A DNA stretch of 64,000 nucleotides from Bryobacteraceae bacterium (GTDB lineage: Bacteria > Acidobacteriota > Terriglobia > Bryobacterales > Bryobacteraceae). Where the stretch lies: NCBI GenBank assembly GCA_019187195.1, contig JABAQT010000030.1:31677-95676 (forward strand). The letters are read 5' to 3'. The translations under genes and the position numbers were made by a program. The notes below the pieces were generated by a model. It was not told the DNA's origin. It saw nothing but the letters and a program-made list of their open reading frames with translations, and searched no databases. Positions 58,438 through 64,000 of the stretch are shown here, piece after piece; position 1 is the stretch's first letter; every line of letters begins with the position of its first letter.

Positions 58438-59172
58438 ATGTTCCTACAGATGCAGGTTTGGGCTTTGCTCCTTCTCCAAGAAGGAGGCGCCATGGGTTTC
58501 GACCTCCGCTCCATGTGGGCGCAGATGGGCGTTCTGGCCAAGGCCGTGGTCATCGTTTTGTTTTTCATGTCGGCATGGTCGATCGGTGTCATGATCGATC
58601 GCCTGCTGGCCTATAATGCCGCCCGCAACCAGTCGCGGCAGTTTGCTCCCGCCGTGGCGGGCGCGCTGCGCGAAGGCAAGCTCGATGAAGCGATCAAGAT
58701 TGCCGACCGCTACAAGAAGAGCCACCTGGCGAAAGTGGTCGTGGCCGGGCTCCAGGAATTCCGGGCGCATCAGATCAGTACCGAGATACCAGGCGATGAG
58801 ATCGAGGCTTCGCGCCGCGCTCTCGAACGCGCCGAAGCCATCGTGCACGCTGAACTGAAGCGCGGCGTCTCGAGCCTTGCAACCATCGGCTCGACCGGCC
58901 CCTTCGTCGGACTGCTCGGCACCGTGGTCGGCATCATCAACGCGTTCAAGGGAATCGCCAGTGAAAAGTCCACCGGTCTTGGCGCCGTCGCCGGCGGTAT
59001 TTCGGAAGCGCTCGTCACCACCGCGTTCGGCCTCTTCGTGGCTATTCCCGCGGTCATGATGTTCAACTATTTCACCAACCGCGTGGAATCGTTCGACGTC
59101 GAGATGGGCAACTCCAGTTCCGAACTCATCGATTACTTCCTCAAGCGGTCTCAGAAGACCGCTGCCAAGTAA
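58438..59172 (+). CDS. exbB: MotA/TolQ/ExbB proton-channel protein
   Basis: AGGAGA RBS; 'LATIGSTGPFVGLLGTVVGIINAF' and 'GISEALVTTAFGLFVAIPA'. Confidence 0.9.
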   Translation: MFLQMQVWALLLLQEGGAMGFDLRSMWAQMGVLAKAVVIVLFFMSAWSIGVMIDRLLAYNAARNQSRQFAPAVAGALREGKLDEAIKIADRYKKSHLAKVVVAGLQEFRAHQISTEIPGDEIEASRRALERAEAIVHAELKRGVSSLATIGSTGPFVGLLGTVVGIINAFKGIASEKSTGLGAVAGGISEALVTTAFGLFVAIPAVMMFNYFTNRVESFDVEMGNSSSELIDYFLKRSQKTAAK

Positions 59173-59293
59173 TGGATGAAGTCTGGTGACAGGAAATGAC
59201 TTGCGGCTCAAAGCGAGTTGAAACACCGTTCCCCGGAAGCGCCCGCGCGCTTCCGGGGGCATGCGGAGCCGCCAGTGAGGAAGAGAGAACCCG

Positions 59294-59740
59294 ATGAAAA
59301 AGCAAAAAGCGCTCCCTCCGGTCGCCGACATCAACGTCACCCCGATGGTGGACGTCATGCTTGTGCTGTTGATCATCTTCATGGTCATCACGCCGATGCT
59401 TTCCAAAGGCGTCAGCGTCGATCTGGCCAAGACGAAAAACCCCATAGCAATGGCGAACGCCGACAAGGAAGACGCGGTGCTGGTTGCCGTTACGCGCGAT
59501 GGCCGTGTATTTCTGAACACCACGCAGATGACGGCCGACAACCTCCCCGCCAAAGTCAAGGATATGCTCACCAACAAGCTTGACAAGACGGTCTACATCA
59601 AGAGCGACGCCCGCGCCCGCTTCGAGAAAGTCGTGGAAGTGGTGGACAACCTTCGCGCCGCCGGCGTGGACAACCTTGGCTTACTGACCGAACAGGTCCA
59701 GCAGAACCAGGAAAACAAGCCGTCCGAGACAAACCGATAG
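59294..59740 (+). CDS. exbD: ExbD/TolR biopolymer transport protein
   Basis: 'INVTPMVDVMLVLLIIFMV'. Confidence 0.9.
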   Translation: MKKQKALPPVADINVTPMVDVMLVLLIIFMVITPMLSKGVSVDLAKTKNPIAMANADKEDAVLVAVTRDGRVFLNTTQMTADNLPAKVKDMLTNKLDKTVYIKSDARARFEKVVEVVDNLRAAGVDNLGLLTEQVQQNQENKPSETNR

Positions 59741-59768
59741 ACGGCCGGAAGAAGGAAGGAGAAAAAGT

Positions 59769-60200
59769 ATGGGAATGTCAGTTGGCGGACCTGAGGGAGG
59801 ACCCAAGTCCGATATTAATATGACTCCTCTGATTGACGTGCTGCTGGTGCTGCTCATCATCTTCATGGTGATCACGCCGCTCACGCCTAAGGGTCTCGAG
59901 ACCCTTGTGCCGCAGCCGCCGCCGCCGAACGCTCCTCCGCCGCCTCCCGGCCAGGACCGTACCGTCGTCATCATAATTAACAAAGACAGATCCATGATGC
60001 TCAACACGGAGCCGATCAACGAAGATCGCCTGGGTTCGCGCCTCGAGGAAGTGTTTAAGACCCGCGCCGAACGCGTGGTCTTCGTCAAAGGTGATCCCGA
60101 TCTCGAGTTCCGTGACGTCGCCAAGGCCATCGACATCGCCAAGGGCGCCGGCATTGACAAAGTCGGGCTCATGACCCCCAAGATTGAAGCCGGTCAGTGA
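59769..60200 (+). CDS. exbD: ExbD/TolR biopolymer transport protein (second copy)
   Basis: 'INMTPLIDVLLVLLIIFMV'. Confidence 0.9.
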   Translation: MGMSVGGPEGGPKSDINMTPLIDVLLVLLIIFMVITPLTPKGLETLVPQPPPPNAPPPPPGQDRTVVIIINKDRSMMLNTEPINEDRLGSRLEEVFKTRAERVVFVKGDPDLEFRDVAKAIDIAKGAGIDKVGLMTPKIEAGQ

Positions 60201-60216
60201 TTGGAGACGATTTGCG

Positions 60217-61065
60217 ATGATGCGTAACTGGAAATTGTACCTCGGCGTTGCGGCCGCCGCCGCCGTTGTCTCGCTGAGCACGGGGTGTGAGAAGCTCAAG
60301 GCCCGCGATCATCTGAACCGCGGCGTCCAGGCGTACAAGGGCGCCAAGTACGCCGAGGCAGTCGAACACTTCAAGACGTCCGTCGAACTCGATCCCACCT
60401 TCCCCACCGCCCGCCTCTACCTCGCCACCGCCTACATGAGCCAGTACATTCCCGGGGCCGAATCCAAGGAAAACCTGGAGATGAGCCGGCTCGCCAAGGA
60501 ACAGTTCATGAAGGTGCTCGAGCAGAACCCCGGCGACAAGATCGCCGTCGCTTCGCTCGCTTCGCTCTATTACACGCAAGCCCAGGGCATGACCTCGCTC
60601 GATGAGAAGCTGAAGAAACTCGATGAGGCCAAGGTCTGGTACGCCAAGCTTGCCGAGGTCGATCCGGAGAACAAGGAAGCCTATTACAGTCTCGGTGTCA
60701 TCGTCTGGGCCAAGTGGTATCCAGCGCTGATGGCCGCCAAGGCCAAACTCGGCATGAAGGCGGAAGACCCCGGTCCCATCAAGGACAAGAAGGTCAAAGA
60801 AGAACTGAAGGAGAAGTACGGCGCCATGATCGAGGAAGGCATCAAGGACTTCGAGAAGGCCCTGTCGATCGACAAGGAATATGACGACGCCATGGCCTAC
60901 ATGAACCTGCTCATCCGTGAACGCGCCGATCTCGCCGACACCCCGGAAGAATACAAGAAACAGGTCGAAATCGCCGATTCCTGGGTCCAGAAGGCCCTCG
61001 AGACGAAGAAGATCAAGGCCGCGCGCCAGCCCGCCAATCAGGGCATCGTTCAGGAATCGAAGTAG
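60217..61065 (+). CDS. TPR-repeat lipoprotein
   Basis: Lipobox 'VVSLSTGC' and TPR-like 'YKGAKYAEAVEHFKTSVELDPTF'. Confidence 0.7.
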   Translation: MMRNWKLYLGVAAAAAVVSLSTGCEKLKARDHLNRGVQAYKGAKYAEAVEHFKTSVELDPTFPTARLYLATAYMSQYIPGAESKENLEMSRLAKEQFMKVLEQNPGDKIAVASLASLYYTQAQGMTSLDEKLKKLDEAKVWYAKLAEVDPENKEAYYSLGVIVWAKWYPALMAAKAKLGMKAEDPGPIKDKKVKEELKEKYGAMIEEGIKDFEKALSIDKEYDDAMAYMNLLIRERADLADTPEEYKKQVEIADSWVQKALETKKIKAARQPANQGIVQESK

Positions 61066-61090
61066 CTCTCTTTCAATTGCAGTGTCTAAG

Positions 61091-61124
61091 AGGCGGCCTA
61101 ACCAGGGCCGCCTGTTTGTTTTTT
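61091..61124 (+). terminator. Rho-independent terminator
   Basis: 8-bp stem AGGCGGCC/GGCCGCCT with a 7-nt loop, followed by GTTTGTTTTTT. Confidence 0.8.
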
Positions 61125-61133
61125 CCGGCCCGA

Positions 61134-63074
61134 ATGCGAGACTCGTCAGGACTGCCTGTGCCGCTTTTCTCCGCCGTAATTCTTCTCTCCTCCTTCCTTC
61201 TCTTTCAAGTCGAGCCCATGCTCGGGAAGGTGCTGCTTCCGTGGTTCGGAGGCGGCGCGGCCGTGTGGACCGTCTGCCTGCTTTTCTTCCAATGCGCGCT
61301 TGTGGGGGGTTACGGCTACGCAGCCCTGGCCCGCGGGAAACCGCACGCGGTCCTGCTTGCCGCCTCGCTGCTCTGCCTGCCGCTCCGTCCATCACCGGCG
61401 GACCTGTCCGGACCATCCCTGGGCATCCTGTTCACGCTGGCGCGCACGGCTGGAGCCGTCTATTTCCTGCTGGCCGCCACCTCCCCCCTGCTCCAGCGCT
61501 GGTACAGCGGAGGCGACCCATACCGCTTGTACGCCCTCTCGAACTTTGCTTCCCTGCTCGCCCTGCTGACCTATCCCGTATTGATCGAACCCTGGATCCC
61601 CCTGCGGCGGCAGTTGGACGTCTGGTCCGGGGGATACGCCCTGTTCGCGATCCTGTGCGCCGCGCTTGCCTGGACCCGGCGGCCGGCGCCGCGGCCCCTC
61701 AGGCCGCCTTTGCGCTTTCGCGCCTCCTGGTTCGTGTTCCCCGCCTGCGGTTCCGCGCTGCTGCTCGCCACCACCAACCAGATGTGCCAGGAAGTGGCCT
61801 CCCTCCCCTTTCTCTGGATAGCTCCCCTGGTTCTGTACCTGCTAAGCTTCATCATTGTTTTCGACCACCCCAGGTGGTACCGGCGCCGCCTTTACGCATT
61901 GCTGGCCGCGGTTGCCATCCCGATCGCCTGTGCTCTATACGCGGCGGGAGGCAACCTTCCGCTGAAAGCGGTCCTGGCCGCCGACGCCGCTGCGCTGTTC
62001 GTCTGCCTCATCATCCTCCACGGCGAACTGGCCCGTTCCAAACCCGAACCCGGGCTTCTCGGCCCCTTCTACCTGGCCATCGCCCTGGGCGGCGCCGCCG
62101 GAGGAGGAATCGTAGCTCTGCTTTGTCCGCGCCTGTTTCGCTCGTATGCGGAATTTCCCCTGCTTCTTTCCGCCACCGCGATGCTGGCGCTGATTGCGTG
62201 GCATCGGAGCGGCGATCTCAGCCGGTTGCGCCAGATGCCTCTGCCGTCCCGGGCCTCGGTGGCGGGTCTGGTCATGGCGGCGCTGGTTCCCTTTACCGTT
62301 TTCGATGCGGGATCACGTCCGGTATTGGCCGCCTCGCGCAATTTCTTCGGTGTGTTGCGTGTTACCGAGGCCCGCGATGCACCCGGACCGCGCCGTCTGT
62401 TGACACATGGCGCAACCACTCACGGCACGCAGTTCCTGGATGCCCGGCGCCGCCGCTACCCCACGGCCTATTACGGGCGCGCCAGCGGCATTGGCATCGC
62501 GATTCAATCGATCCGCAATCACCTGCGCCGCCCTCTTCGCGTCGGGGTTGTCGGCCTCGGCGCTGGAACCCTGGCGGCTTATGGGGAACCGGGCGACGTG
62601 TTCCGTTTCTATGAGATCGATCCTGCCGTGATCTCTCTCGCCCATCGCTACTTCACATATATCGCGGATTCCGCCGCGCGGTCCAGCATCGAGGAAGGCG
62701 ACGCCCGCATCCGCCTCCGCGAGGAGGCTCCCGGACATTTCGATCTGCTCGCCATCGATGCCTTCTCGTCTGACTCCATTCCCGCGCACCTGCTGACGGC
62801 CGAGTGCAGCGAGATTTACCGCCGGCACCTGGCGCCGGAGGGCCGCCTTCTTTTCCACATCTCGAACCGCAGCCTGAATCTCGAGCCGGTCGTCAGAGGG
62901 CTTGCCGAACATCTGCGCTACCGCCCCATACGCTTTGATTCGGCGGGAGATGAGGCATTAGGAACGCTGTCCGCGACATGGATGGAGCTGACACCCGGCC
63001 AGGCGCATTCGGACCATTCCGCCGCCATCCTCTGGACGGACGACTTCACCAGCCTCTGGCGGGTGCTCAAGTAG
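61134..63074 (+). CDS. Fused polytopic membrane domain/spermidine-synthase-like methyltransferase-fold protein
   Basis: About 10 TM helices, then 'VGVVGLGAGTLAAYG', 'FYEIDPAVI' and 'DLLAIDAFSSDSIPAHLLT'. Confidence 0.7.
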   Translation: MRDSSGLPVPLFSAVILLSSFLLFQVEPMLGKVLLPWFGGGAAVWTVCLLFFQCALVGGYGYAALARGKPHAVLLAASLLCLPLRPSPADLSGPSLGILFTLARTAGAVYFLLAATSPLLQRWYSGGDPYRLYALSNFASLLALLTYPVLIEPWIPLRRQLDVWSGGYALFAILCAALAWTRRPAPRPLRPPLRFRASWFVFPACGSALLLATTNQMCQEVASLPFLWIAPLVLYLLSFIIVFDHPRWYRRRLYALLAAVAIPIACALYAAGGNLPLKAVLAADAAALFVCLIILHGELARSKPEPGLLGPFYLAIALGGAAGGGIVALLCPRLFRSYAEFPLLLSATAMLALIAWHRSGDLSRLRQMPLPSRASVAGLVMAALVPFTVFDAGSRPVLAASRNFFGVLRVTEARDAPGPRRLLTHGATTHGTQFLDARRRRYPTAYYGRASGIGIAIQSIRNHLRRPLRVGVVGLGAGTLAAYGEPGDVFRFYEIDPAVISLAHRYFTYIADSAARSSIEEGDARIRLREEAPGHFDLLAIDAFSSDSIPAHLLTAECSEIYRRHLAPEGRLLFHISNRSLNLEPVVRGLAEHLRYRPIRFDSAGDEALGTLSATWMELTPGQAHSDHSAAILWTDDFTSLWRVLK

Positions 63075-63130
63075 CACCGCCGGCGCAACGCCTATAATGG
63101 AAATAAGCTCCGGCGGCCGCCTGTCGCACA

Positions 63131-64000
63131 ATGGCATCCGATCCTACTCTGACATCCGTCGAACCCGTGGTTGAGAAGCCGCTCGAACCGTGGCAGCAAC
63201 CGGAAGTTGAGGCCGCTTACCGCATTCTCGAGGACAAAGTAGCGGCTTACCGTCCAGCCGGCGATCTCAGTCCCCTGCGCCGCGCCTTCGAACAGGCCGC
63301 CTACTGGCACCGCAACCGCAAACGGGCTTCCGGCAAGCCGTACATTCTCCATCCGATCGCCGTTTCCACCATCCTCGCCGAGGAGCAGATGGATATGGTC
63401 TGCCTCCAGACGGGTCTGCTCCACGATGTAGTCGAGGATGAAGACGTGCCGGTGGAGGAGATCCGGCGCCTGTTCGGAGACGAGGTGGCGGCGGTGGTGG
63501 ATGGCGTCACGAAACTGGGCAAGCTGAAACTCGCGAGCCGCGAGGAACGCCAGGCGGAAAGCCTGCGTAAAATGCTGCTCGCCATGACCAGCGATATCCG
63601 CGTCATCATCGTCAAGCTCGCCGACCGCATGCACAACCTGCAGACGCTCGATTCGCTCTCGCCCGAACGCCGGGAGCGAATTGCCCACGAAACGCTCGAG
63701 ATCTATGTGCCCATCGCCCACCGGTTGGGAATGGGCCGCATCCGCGCGCAGCTCGAGGACAACGCCTTCAAATACCAGGAGCCGGAGGCGTTCGCCGAGA
63801 TCATGCGGCAGTTGGAATCCCAGCGCCAGGCCAACGAGCAGTACCTCGAGGAGGTCAAGCAGGCCGTCGAGTCGAAACTGGCGCGCGAGAACATCCCGGC
63901 GCGTGTTTTCGGCCGTCTGAAGCGCCCCTATTCCATCTACCAGAAGATGAAGCGGCAGAAGATCGGCATGGACCAGGTCTACGATCTGCTCGCCATCCGC
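63131..64000 (+). CDS. Bifunctional (p)ppGpp synthetase/hydrolase RelA/SpoT homologue, 3'-truncated by window edge
   Basis: Hand-translated open frame. HD motifs 'YILHPIAVSTILA' and 'GLLHDVVED', 'IVKLADRMHNLQTL', and the synthetase start 'GRLKRPYSIYQKM'. Confidence 0.9.
   Translation, partial: MASDPTLTSVEPVVEKPLEPWQQPEVEAAYRILEDKVAAYRPAGDLSPLRRAFEQAAYWHRNRKRASGKPYILHPIAVSTILAEEQMDMVCLQTGLLHDVVEDEDVPVEEIRRLFGDEVAAVVDGVTKLGKLKLASREERQAESLRKMLLAMTSDIRVIIVKLADRMHNLQTLDSLSPERRERIAHETLEIYVPIAHRLGMGRIRAQLEDNAFKYQEPEAFAEIMRQLESQRQANEQYLEEVKQAVESKLARENIPARVFGRLKRPYSIYQKMKRQKIGMDQVYDLLAIR

Noticed and set aside
60917-62614. 565-aa Arg/Pro-rich ORF overlapping the TPR gene end, the terminator and the spermidine-synthase-like gene.
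   Set aside because: It is an alternative frame of a gene with clear TM and methyltransferase motifs. It also reads straight through a strong intrinsic terminator.

Overview
This is a high-GC bacterial chromosomal segment. Gene content (PEP-CTERM protein, many Tat-signal Gfo/Idh/MocA-type exported enzymes, collagen-like repeat protein) suggests an Acidobacteriota-like genome, but that is inference only. Most of the window is housekeeping or core: pdxR-pdxS-pdxT, secA, rpoD, nrdR, tgt-yajC-secD-secF, tonB-exbB-exbD-exbD, cardiolipin synthase, htrA/degP and the 5' end of relA/spoT. There is also a block of exported carbohydrate and sugar-acid enzymes at about 6.2-16.1 kb. The window opens inside a TssM/IcmF-like gene that is followed by two paralogous Hanks-type Ser/Thr kinases; one of them carries an extracytoplasmic FGE-sulfatase-like domain. 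The clearest accessory region lies between tRNA-Leu(CAG) at 23188-23274 and tRNA-Pro(UGG) at 27767-27843. It holds a frameshifted PIN toxin with an intact HTH antitoxin. It also holds a perfect 46-48 bp duplicate of the tRNA-Pro 3' half, which bounds a 2.8 kb integrase-less islet. The AT-rich part of that islet encodes an orphan ~480 aa protein with a C-terminal RNxxxH (HEPN-like) motif. This protein is the best candidate here for a novel or under-described single-gene defence effector. Other notable items are listed below.
- A collagen-like/BclA-C-like surface protein is bracketed by ~86 bp direct repeats.
- A 9-heme c-type/b-type fused cytochrome resembles Geobacter CbcL.
- SecF appears to carry a ComEA-like helix-hairpin-helix insertion.
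- A perfect 16-bp palindrome sits upstream of pdxR.
- An ECF sigma/anti-sigma/DUF4097-like envelope-stress module is present.
No CRISPR array, rRNA, transposase or intact integrase was seen. All functional calls rest on motif recognition by eye; no searches were run.
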